Below are positions 14,171 through 22,173 of a stretch of 34,383 bases of DNA, piece by piece. The DNA is from a virus. The stretch lies in the UHGV virus genome UHGV-0341269; one strand, written 5' to 3'. The notes below the pieces were generated by a model that did not search any database, was not told the origin of the DNA, and saw only the letters and a list, made by a program, of their open reading frames with translations. Every line of letters begins with the position of its first letter. Position 1 is the stretch's first letter. The position numbers and the translations under genes were made by a program.

Positions 14171-16321
14171 TTAAGCTGGTCCGTAGGGGTAGAAGGTTCC
14201 TCCGAAGACCGGAATCTGGATCATGCCCAGGGCGTATTGCGTAACCTGGTCTTCGTTGATGTCGGCAACCTGGAAAGCATAGTCAAAGTTGACGCCGGGC
14301 TTTTCCTGGGCGAGCATGATCGGGTACACCGTTCCCGGTATGCCTGACATTTCCGCGCTGGTTAACTTGGCGTCCTGGTCGAAGTGGACATTTATCCAGA
14401 CCTCACCGCTGATCATCGGGAGTTTCACCCAGGAGGATCCGGAGCCGCCGTCTCCGGTCGGGTAGAATCCCAAGAGAGAGCCGTTGAGGTAGAGAGCGCC
14501 CGGTTTGATGCGAGCATCGGTGATGTTGCCCTCTGTGTCTTTGGTCAAGCGAACTTGGAAGCCGTATTCCGGCGCAGGAGCTTCAGACCCGGTGGCAGTC
14601 GTAATCTGCTGTCCAATGGTCGGAGATTCCGGCTTGGGGTCGTAGGTCAGGTCAATTGGTTCCGGCGCTCCCTGCATGTTTTCCAACGCGGAAGAGGATT
14701 CGGAATCACGGTTGACGCGTTTCAATTCGATAAACTCATCGATTCCCAACTGAAGAGGCGCACCGTAAGACAACTCAATCACATTAGTCTGCAAGTCACG
14801 GCTTACAGTCTGCACCATGGTATTGATGGTTTCCCATTCCGGATTGCCGCCAAGCAAGGAAACACGGCGCCCCATGTATTGCCAGTATTGAGCCCCCCCG
14901 CGAGCCGCAAAGGAGATAGAGCCGTCATAGGGAAGTTCCTGCATGGATTCCCAGACCGTCCTTGCTATGTCGGCATAAGGTATTCCGTCATTGGGCGCCT
15001 CAGAGGGGCCGTCTTCATCGTTTGACGGCTGCTCACCGTTATAAATGCCGTCAATCGGATAGGTAGCATTGGGGCGGTCGAGTGTCACCAGGTCCACGGA
15101 AAATTCCTGCCAGAAACAAGGCGTGTCTCCTCCTCCAATTACTCCGATGTTCTTAAATTTTTCTCTCCACTTGGCCGGGGCATTTTCCGGAATGGCTAGA
15201 CGCTGCTTGATGGTGGTATTGCACCATTTAGGGCGCAGGGATTTTGTGTGAATCTGCCCGTCTGTAAGTTCGTATGCGGTTGCCGTGGTATCGTACCCCT
15301 TGGGTTTTTCCTCTTCTGTGCCTTCCCATGCCTTGGGAGTGACGACCCGGTCGGAATAGGTCACAAGCTGCCCTGCCGGAATGTCTTTCATCCACGGGAA
15401 ATGGTGTGCCCAAAAGCTGTTGATCATGTCCGCAGCGTCAATGCGGCGCCCTTTGACAATCATCTTCTGATAAGCCAAGCTGCCGGATCTGGAAGTCTTT
15501 ACGGGCTGGGGTTCGGAAGCGGAACCGCCTGACTCATTGTAATTGGAGAAATAAAAGTCAGAGGAGACGCGATAGACGATCGAATGCGGCAGCGTAGGGT
15601 CGCCGTCCGACGGGTACTTGGAAAGGTAGGAGACGCGATAGCCTGAACTGCCGGTAGATTCTGCCACAATCGCAACACAGGGGGGAACAAGGTCGCCTCG
15701 CGGTGACAGTGATACGTCTATGCTTTTGACTGTGGCGGAGGGTTGCAGCGGCAGGGAAATAGGTTCAAGGGCGTCGTAGTCCGTGATGATGAGCTTGGGC
15801 CGTTCTCCCGTGTAGTCATAATAACTGACCATACGCGGAGACCAGCGCCGGATGGACTGCAGCAGACTTTGAAGAGTGTCGCAGGACGCATTCCACGGTA
15901 TCAACTGCTTGTCGTCTCTGATGCGCAGCTCATAGCTGGCTGGGTGGTGCTTTGCCATGTCAAGCACGCTGGACAAAGCGCCGCTCAGGTTGACCTTGGG
16001 AATAATACCCTCTACGCCTTTACGGGGGAAAAGCCCGAACGTCGGCTGCCATCCATTTTCCAAGGCATAGCAATTAGCGAGGTAATACCAGGGGTCGGAA
16101 AAAACAATCCTCCAGGACCGCTGGCTGCCGCTGTATACTTTTTCAATATTGGACACCAGCCCCACTAGGATGACTTGTCCGTTTTGGGAGATGGTGACGG
16201 TATCGAATTGCTTGTACGGCAAAGTTTCCCCAAGCGTCCTGACGGGGTAAACTGCCGTAATGGTGGACGTGGAGAAGCTCTGTTGATCGTGCGTGAGGCT
16301 TGATGGCTTGAGAGCCAGCAA
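14171..16321 (-). CDS. Large tail tip / host-specificity protein (716 aa)
   Basis: Positioned downstream of the tape measure gene; size and beta-rich composition are typical of tail tip or central fibre proteins. Confidence 0.45.
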   Translation of the reverse strand: MLALKPSSLTHDQQSFSTSTITAVYPVRTLGETLPYKQFDTVTISQNGQVILVGLVSNIEKVYSGSQRSWRIVFSDPWYYLANCYALENGWQPTFGLFPRKGVEGIIPKVNLSGALSSVLDMAKHHPASYELRIRDDKQLIPWNASCDTLQSLLQSIRRWSPRMVSYYDYTGERPKLIITDYDALEPISLPLQPSATVKSIDVSLSPRGDLVPPCVAIVAESTGSSGYRVSYLSKYPSDGDPTLPHSIVYRVSSDFYFSNYNESGGSASEPQPVKTSRSGSLAYQKMIVKGRRIDAADMINSFWAHHFPWMKDIPAGQLVTYSDRVVTPKAWEGTEEEKPKGYDTTATAYELTDGQIHTKSLRPKWCNTTIKQRLAIPENAPAKWREKFKNIGVIGGGDTPCFWQEFSVDLVTLDRPNATYPIDGIYNGEQPSNDEDGPSEAPNDGIPYADIARTVWESMQELPYDGSISFAARGGAQYWQYMGRRVSLLGGNPEWETINTMVQTVSRDLQTNVIELSYGAPLQLGIDEFIELKRVNRDSESSSALENMQGAPEPIDLTYDPKPESPTIGQQITTATGSEAPAPEYGFQVRLTKDTEGNITDARIKPGALYLNGSLLGFYPTGDGGSGSSWVKLPMISGEVWINVHFDQDAKLTSAEMSGIPGTVYPIMLAQEKPGVNFDYAFQVADINEDQVTQYALGMIQIPVFGGTFYPYGPA

Positions 16322-16375
16322 GTCATCTATGGTGATGTTATGGTTCCTGCTGCTTGAATATGGTTAGGTTGATAT

Positions 16376-16957
16376 TTATTTTTTGTCGGCGATCTGCTGA
16401 AGCAACGTCAGCACTTTCGCAAACCAAAAACACAGGAGGCAAGAGAAAGCCCCAGAAATCAGGTAAATGAAACATAAGGCCTGTTGCCCATCATCTGCGG
16501 TAGAGTAAAACAGCACAATCCCAGCAAGTAAAGCTATTACGCCAACAACACGGAATATCCCCTCTATTGTGATTTTTAGAGGCTCTTGATCGTTCAGTTC
16601 TTGGATTTCTTTCCAAGAAGGATTTTTTCTGGAATCTCTAAGAGAGCATTCAATAAAGCTCTTCTTTGGTTTGCACTCCGTTTCTTTTTTTTCTGCTTTT
16701 CTTTTTTCTGACTCATCTAAGAGAACTTCAATAAAGCTCTTCTTTGGTTTGCGCTCCGTTTCTTTTTCTTCTGCTTTTCTGTTGGTGTTTTTGGTCAGAT
16801 GATAAACCCTTCCAAATGGCATCCACTCTTGACCGCCTTCAGGGAAAACAAGTGTTTCTGATAAGATTTCCCCTTCCTTGTATAAGGCCTCAAGTTCTTC
16901 AAAAGAGTAGGGGCCCTCGGCGTTGTTTGAGTTGGAAGCAACGTAATAATTAGCCAT
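16376..16957 (-). CDS. DUF4339 (GYF-like) domain membrane protein with an internal 26-aa tandem repeat and two C-terminal TM helices; AT-rich moron inside the tail module
   Basis: YYVASNSNNAEGPYSFEELEALYKEGEILSETLVFPEGGQEWMPFGRV matches the DUF4339 consensus; hydrophobic C-terminus; GC content is far below the flanks. Confidence 0.5.
   Translation of the reverse strand: MANYYVASNSNNAEGPYSFEELEALYKEGEILSETLVFPEGGQEWMPFGRVYHLTKNTNRKAEEKETERKPKKSFIEVLLDESEKRKAEKKETECKPKKSFIECSLRDSRKNPSWKEIQELNDQEPLKITIEGIFRVVGVIALLAGIVLFYSTADDGQQALCFIYLISGAFSCLLCFWFAKVLTLLQQIADKK
16636..16791. repeat. 78-bp tandem direct repeat ×2 (…TCTAAGAGA…TTCAATAAAGCTCTTCTTTGGTTTGC[A/G]CTCCGTTTCTTTTT…)
   Basis: Read directly; it encodes the KAEEKETERKPKKSFIE repeat of the DUF4339 protein. 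Confidence 0.7.
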
Positions 16958-17003
16958 AGTGGTATGGTGCTATAAACTGGCGTGGGTGCAAGTCTAAAAG
17001 CTG

Positions 17004-18890
17004 TTAATGGCCTCCGGCAAGCCTGTTTATCCCTGTTTGCAATCTTCCGTTGCCCTTCTGCACTATCTTCAAGATTTCCTCGAATTTAGCATCTACATAT
17101 TTTTTTGTATCCACTTGCACGGCATTGACATTCGCGGCCTGTGCTGTTGCTATGGTTTTCAAATAATCCATTAATTTTTTTGTGTATTGTCCACTTTCTC
17201 TCAATGCGTTTTCCATAACGTCAAACGCGCCTTGAAGCTCGCTGGGGTCGATTTCCGTATCTGTTGCCGAAATGCTTTCTGCAATGCGTTTCTTCCCTGC
17301 ATTCAAAGCTTCGCGGGCAGCTGCGATCCGGGGACGTTGCTGGGCGGTAGGATGCTCGGGAACGCCTTCAAGAGTAATGCTGCGGATCATTGCCTGCTGC
17401 CTCTCGGCAGTCTGCTTTTTAGCCTCCTTTTCGGCCTGCTCACGAGCCTTCTTTATTTTTTCTTCATTTCTTCGGGCTTCCTCTGCTTCTTCTCTGTCTC
17501 TTTGCAAGTTAAATGATTTAACCTTGCCGGCGTCTATTTGATTTTGAAGAGCATCGGTTTGCTCCATATTTTTGATGGACGCCTCAGCGGAAGCCATCGC
17601 ATCACCCAATGAACCAGCTTTCTCCCTTAAAACATCAAATTGTTTTTTCGCAGCATCCGTATTTTTTTTAAACTCTTCTACCGCAGTTGAGGCTTGCTTG
17701 AAACGACTATTCACATCTGATCCTTGTCCATAGTCTAGTTCAATATTTACGCCGCCTTCTCTCAGCACAGCCTGAAGGGATCCCAATTGATCGTTTGCCT
17801 GATTAGCCTCTTCCCTCGCTGTTTTGATTAATTCAACAAGCTTCTCCTGCTTCGCAATTAAATCATCAATTTCTTTTTTCGCCTGTATGGAGTTTGAATT
17901 TTCATAACCACCAGTTTGTCTCAAAGCCGCGTTATACTCTTTATTTTTCTCCCATATTTCCCCGCGTAAATCTGGAAGTTGACTTTCTGCAGTGTCGATC
18001 CTCCGTTGAGCACGTTCTTGCTGCTGTAAAAGTCCAAGAATATTTTGAGGAGAAGGAAGGTTCCCTTGTTTAAACTGCATATCAAAAGCATGAGCTTCGG
18101 CGGCATCTCGGGCCTTGACTGCCTCCGCAAGCTGTTTTCCAATATCCATATAATTAGCCTGCTCCACGCCTAAATCACTCTGGCGGATTTTCTGGTCCAG
18201 ATTCTGATCAACCATCATCAGGCCGTAATCGCGTTGCCTCTTGGAGATTCTTCCTTCCTGGTAGTCCACTTCCAAATTGACGCGGTCAAGCTCTGCCTGA
18301 CGTGTATCAATTCCCTTCTGACGGGCCGCTTCCTCTCGTCTCAGGCGAATTTGCTTTTCAAGCTCTTCCGTCTGATATTCAAATTCCCGGGTAATGCCCT
18401 TTACATAGTTTTGATACTCTTCATTGACGGTCTTGGTGCGTTCTTCCTTGTTGAATTCCTGCAAGGCCTGATAGCTTTCCCGGATTGACTGACGATAGGC
18501 TTCGGCAACCTCTTTGCTCTGCTCCTTCATTTTTTTGGCAAGATCGTCTGTCTTGTCCGCACTATCGGAAAGCCACTCGTAGAGCTTCGCGCCTGCAAGC
18601 GTGGCAAGGGAGAGAGCGCCGGCCAGGCCCGCCCCGCCACCGAAGCCTATCACCAGTCCCGGGATGTTGTTCAGGATGCCCTTGATGCCATATTGGACGT
18701 CATCCATGAAGTAGGCAACCTGCAGCATCCCCTGCCCCATGTTCTTGATGCTCTTGGTCGCCTTTTGACTGCCTTTGTCGAGCTGGTCTGTGGATTTATT
18801 CAGGGAGTCAATCTTCTGCTTTGCTTCTTCTACGCCTTTTCCGTCCAGCGTGGACTTGAGTTTGATTTCGATTTCTTTCTTGGTGGCCAT
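17004..18890 (-). CDS. Tail tape measure protein
   Basis: 628 aa; a Gly-rich hydrophobic segment near the N-terminus (GLVIGFGGGAGLAGALSLATLAGA) followed by a long coiled-coil; it follows the chaperone gene. Confidence 0.6.
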   Translation of the reverse strand: MATKKEIEIKLKSTLDGKGVEEAKQKIDSLNKSTDQLDKGSQKATKSIKNMGQGMLQVAYFMDDVQYGIKGILNNIPGLVIGFGGGAGLAGALSLATLAGAKLYEWLSDSADKTDDLAKKMKEQSKEVAEAYRQSIRESYQALQEFNKEERTKTVNEEYQNYVKGITREFEYQTEELEKQIRLRREEAARQKGIDTRQAELDRVNLEVDYQEGRISKRQRDYGLMMVDQNLDQKIRQSDLGVEQANYMDIGKQLAEAVKARDAAEAHAFDMQFKQGNLPSPQNILGLLQQQERAQRRIDTAESQLPDLRGEIWEKNKEYNAALRQTGGYENSNSIQAKKEIDDLIAKQEKLVELIKTAREEANQANDQLGSLQAVLREGGVNIELDYGQGSDVNSRFKQASTAVEEFKKNTDAAKKQFDVLREKAGSLGDAMASAEASIKNMEQTDALQNQIDAGKVKSFNLQRDREEAEEARRNEEKIKKAREQAEKEAKKQTAERQQAMIRSITLEGVPEHPTAQQRPRIAAAREALNAGKKRIAESISATDTEIDPSELQGAFDVMENALRESGQYTKKLMDYLKTIATAQAANVNAVQVDTKKYVDAKFEEILKIVQKGNGRLQTGINRLAGGH

Positions 18891-18908
18891 GGTGGTAGAT
18901 GTGGAGGG

Positions 18909-19199
18909 TTATTGTTGAGGGCGGGCTTCTTCGATGACGAAAGCAGGCAGCTTCCCGTCCGCGAGGCTGGCGCGGGCGTCGTCCACGCGTTTTTGGAAGT
19001 ATTCAAGCATCATCATATCCCGGAAGATGATGCCGAAGGCTTCGGAGGGGTTGACGCCGGCTTGTCCGGCAGCGGCAAAGACGCTTTCCCGCAAGGCTCG
19101 CGTCGCCTGGTCCAGGGAGGGGTTCTTGAGGCAGGCTTCGGCAAATTCTCCGAAAAGCCGTTCCATGCCGTTTTCAGGTTGAGTGGATTGGTCAGTCAT
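18909..19199 (-). CDS. Tail assembly chaperone (gpG-like)
   Basis: Small acidic helical protein between the major tail protein and the tape measure protein. Confidence 0.45.
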   Translation of the reverse strand: MTDQSTQPENGMERLFGEFAEACLKNPSLDQATRALRESVFAAAGQAGVNPSEAFGIIFRDMMMLEYFQKRVDDARASLADGKLPAFVIEEARPQQ

Positions 19200-19226
19200 G
19201 ATTGGTGGTATGTTGAAAAGGTGTTG

Positions 19227-20450
19227 TTATCCGATGTATTCGACGTCCAGCGACATGGCCGGCATCACGGCAGGCGTGGTGATTGCGGCCGGATAAGGCC
19301 GATAGGCAATGCCGCCCCAATCGTAGGCCGTGATATTCTCAATTTTGGTGTATACGACGGCGCCGGGCTGGAAGATGAGCTGCATCCCGGCTTCCACCTT
19401 GGGCGGCGCCGGGAAGGTGAATGTCGCCTGCTGGCTGGCGGCGTCATTAACCGCGGCGTTGCTGGTAGCCAGCAGCGTTGTGGTGGACCCATCCTCATTG
19501 AGGACGTACAGCGAAAGGGCAGCGCTGATGTTGTTGGCGCTCCCGCGGGCCACGGTGACGGATTTGATGGAGGCTGCCGGCGGCGGATCACCGTCTACCT
19601 GTTCTCCCCACTTCATCCGGTATTGCCGCCAGTTAAATGTTCCCAAGGCGGCAATCTTGGCAGGATCCCCTTCCAGGAAGACGGGAGAGCCCACCGTTTT
19701 CTCCTGGGGCGTGGCTGCCGCCTGGGTGATCTCAATGAGAGGAGCGATTCCGGTTCCGTCCTGGGAAACTGTCAGATAAATGCTTTTTTCTTCCGTAGTT
19801 TCGTTGGGAGGCACTGTAACCCGGAAGGAGCCATTGTTGCCGTTGATGATGTTGGAGATGGAGATGCCGTCGTTCTCAAAGGCTTTCCAGCCCTGCCCGA
19901 TTTCGCCCGGGTTGAAGTAGGAGACGACGGAGAACGCATATTGTCCGCCGGCAGCCGGGACGGAAACCGAGGAAGGAGTCACGGAGAACACCCAGGCTGA
20001 ATTGTCGGGAACCCGGTCCGTGAGCGTCATGTTGATGGATACCAGCAGGCACAAATAACCGTCTTCCGGCGACGGAGGAGGAATGAAGTTCTCCGTTTCA
20101 AATTGGTAGCCGGCAAGGACGGACGTGAATCTCCATTGAGGCTGGTCGGCAAACTGCATGTACAGAGTGCCGTTCTGGTTGGTTGCCATCCAGACAGCCA
20201 GGTTTTCCTGATACCTGGCCATTTCTTCGTAGTCCTTAAACCAGCGGTAAAAGGCAAAGGTGCGGTGTTCTACGGCAGACCCCAATCCTTCCGCAAAAGC
20301 CCTCGTGCCGTCCACCAGGGACGTTTCAAAGACTTCCATGTCTCCGCCGAACCGGGGAGGCTCCGGCGTGGCATCCCAGAGGTTGAGGAGTTGGAGCGTG
20401 TTTCCGGCTCCGGAAACGTACCATGCGGAGTATGGGGCCTCATAGATCAT
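19227..20450 (-). CDS. Major tail protein (tube) with a C-terminal Ig-like/decorating domain
   Basis: Synteny (major tail protein, chaperone, tape measure); the beta-rich C-terminal half resembles Ig-like decoration domains. Confidence 0.4.
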   Translation of the reverse strand: MIYEAPYSAWYVSGAGNTLQLLNLWDATPEPPRFGGDMEVFETSLVDGTRAFAEGLGSAVEHRTFAFYRWFKDYEEMARYQENLAVWMATNQNGTLYMQFADQPQWRFTSVLAGYQFETENFIPPPSPEDGYLCLLVSINMTLTDRVPDNSAWVFSVTPSSVSVPAAGGQYAFSVVSYFNPGEIGQGWKAFENDGISISNIINGNNGSFRVTVPPNETTEEKSIYLTVSQDGTGIAPLIEITQAAATPQEKTVGSPVFLEGDPAKIAALGTFNWRQYRMKWGEQVDGDPPPAASIKSVTVARGSANNISAALSLYVLNEDGSTTTLLATSNAAVNDAASQQATFTFPAPPKVEAGMQLIFQPGAVVYTKIENITAYDWGGIAYRPYPAAITTPAVMPAMSLDVEYIG

Positions 20451-20456
20451 GATCGT

Positions 20457-20999
20457 CTACAGCTTGGAATAGGCCTTCACTCCTTCCGCAATGGCTTCCG
20501 CAATGGCTTCGGGATGGTCCTTCATAAGGGCGGCATTTTCAGGATTGGTGATAAAGCCGCATTCGCACAGCACCCACGGGCAGCGCGTCCTTTTCAGGAC
20601 GGCCAGCCCCGGACGGGACTGCACGGTGTTGGCCCGTCCTGGGAGCAGCCGGGCAAGAGGTTCCGCGACGCACATGGCAAGCCGGCTTCCCTTAACGCTC
20701 CCGGGATAGAAGCACACATGGGCGCCGTGAGCTTGCACATTATCCGATGAGTCACAATGCAGGGAAATCCCGAAGTCGTAGCCGCCTTCGTTGGCGGCCT
20801 TGATGGTGGCGTTCAGGTCGTCCGTGTTGTTCCGGGTCGGAAAGTCAATTACATCCACCTGGGCGCCCAGCTTTCTGAGCATAGGCGCGAGGCGTTCCGC
20901 AATCGTCGCTGCTACGGCGTGTTCTTCAAGCCTGTTTCCACGGGCTCCGGTGTTGTTGGCATGGCCTATATCAATGGCTATTTTCCTGGGTATTCTCCT
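20457..20999 (-). CDS. N-acetylmuramoyl-L-alanine amidase (Amidase_3), putative endolysin; the reading frame is open from 20999, the canonical ATG is only at 20882
   Basis: FGISLHCDSS … VLKRTRCPWVLCECGFITNPE after the ATG; the in-frame upstream translation RKIAIDIGHANNTGARGNRLEEHAVAATIAERLAP supplies the Amidase_3 N-terminal GH motif; AAAGGAGA precedes it at 21001-20994. Confidence 0.65.
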   Translation of the reverse strand, partial: RRIPRKIAIDIGHANNTGARGNRLEEHAVAATIAERLAPMLRKLGAQVDVIDFPTRNNTDDLNATIKAANEGGYDFGISLHCDSSDNVQAHGAHVCFYPGSVKGSRLAMCVAEPLARLLPGRANTVQSRPGLAVLKRTRCPWVLCECGFITNPENAALMKDHPEAIAEAIAEGVKAYSKL

Positions 21000-21053
21000 T
21001 TAATTGATTGGTTATTAATATGTATGAACTTGTAAGAAAAACTTTACAGTTGA

Positions 21054-21305
21054 CTATTTTTCAAGCTTCCGCTCGATATTCTCTATTCTGATGGCAAGAA
21101 GCTGAATAGCCTTTGCCGTCTCTACCTGGGCCTGCGTCTGCATCGTCATCAGATCGCAAAGTCGGTCGTTGTGATGTCCCATGACATCTCCGATGTACCA
21201 GCAGGCCGCGCCACAAATGCCCAGCGAGAGCATGACGCAGGCCCAGGCGGGGAAAGCCTTGGCGAAATCGAAGAAACGTGCCGGTACTTCGGAGAGTTTG
21301 CACAT
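21054..21305 (-). CDS. Lysis-associated membrane protein (N-terminal TM plus C-terminal coiled coil; holin or i-spanin-like)
   Basis: TM AWACVMLSLGICGAACWYIG, then a coiled-coil QAQVETAKAIQLLAIRIENIERKLEK; adjacent to the endolysin gene. Confidence 0.4.
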   Translation of the reverse strand: MCKLSEVPARFFDFAKAFPAWACVMLSLGICGAACWYIGDVMGHHNDRLCDLMTMQTQAQVETAKAIQLLAIRIENIERKLEK

Positions 21306-21309
21306 GGTC

Positions 21310-21762
21310 TTATTTCTTGGTGGCTTGAACTACGGGCGGCGTATCCGTGGCGGGCTGGGCCTGGCTGTAGGACAGGTGGCCCGGCTCGATGATCAGGCAG
21401 GAACCGTCCTTGCAGACCTCCGTGCGGTCCGGGGTAATGTCCACGTTATGCCCGCAGCCGGAGAGGGACATTCCCAAGCCGCCAAGGATGGCCCCGGCAA
21501 TAACTGCTCCGGCGGTATACAGGGCCTTTTCCCACCAGCTAGACTTGCCGGCAGCCTTAATACCGAGGTAGTCCCGGACATCCCCCAGCGCATGCCTGCC
21601 AATAATAGGCAGGGCTTGCTGCGCCAATCGCACAAACGCTGCCCGCTGCGGATCGGTTAATTCTTTCCAGGACTTCCAGCCGCCGCCGTTATCCTCGGAA
21701 ACCACCTCATAAAAATCCTTGGCGATAGCCTCGGAATGATTGCATTGATCATTAGTAGTCAT
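21310..21762 (-). CDS. Membrane/lipoprotein-like lysis-cassette protein (TM ending in lipobox LSGC, then a Cys/Pro-rich tail; o-spanin-like)
   Basis: …ALYTAGAVIAGAILGGLGMSLSGC GHNVDITPDRTEVCKDGSC…. Confidence 0.3.
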   Translation of the reverse strand: MTTNDQCNHSEAIAKDFYEVVSEDNGGGWKSWKELTDPQRAAFVRLAQQALPIIGRHALGDVRDYLGIKAAGKSSWWEKALYTAGAVIAGAILGGLGMSLSGCGHNVDITPDRTEVCKDGSCLIIEPGHLSYSQAQPATDTPPVVQATKK

Positions 21763-22169
21763 ATGATTATGTTGTTATTGGTGAAGTATTTGAAAAACGA
21801 CACAGCCGCGGAATCCGTGATGATGAATTCCGGGTAGTCCGAAGCCGTGAATGTCCGGCGGCCCCCATCCGCATTAACGGCCTCAACCGTAAGGATCACC
21901 GCCTCTGTGGACTGGTAATTGTCTGCATCTCCAGTCGGCGCCTGGAATACCCAGTTGCACCGCACCCAAACCTGCGCCGCTTGCCAGTCCTCGTCCATGC
22001 CGGCGATCGCGGCCACCGCTGCTTTCAAGGCCGGGGCTTGGTCGGCGGGTATATCCGCTTGTGTATAGCAGAGGGAGAGTACAAAGCCGTTATTGTCGGG
22101 AAATCTGGCGGTCATAACAAATTCGTTCCACCGTCCAGGCTCAGGGAACTGTAAATGTATCTCTTTCAT
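21759..22169 (-). CDS. Hypothetical protein
   Basis: ORF with a 4-bp overlap to the downstream gene. Confidence 0.35.
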   Translation of the reverse strand: MKEIHLQFPEPGRWNEFVMTARFPDNNGFVLSLCYTQADIPADQAPALKAAVAAIAGMDEDWQAAQVWVRCNWVFQAPTGDADNYQSTEAVILTVEAVNADGGRRTFTASDYPEFIITDSAAVSFFKYFTNNNIII

Positions 22170-22173
22170 GGTG

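Noticed and set aside
18693-20000. 435-aa plus-strand ORF
   Set aside because: It lies antisense to the major tail protein, chaperone and tape measure genes. It is Gly/Arg-rich with low complexity, typical of spurious antisense ORFs in GC-rich DNA, and there is no upstream promoter or leader motif.
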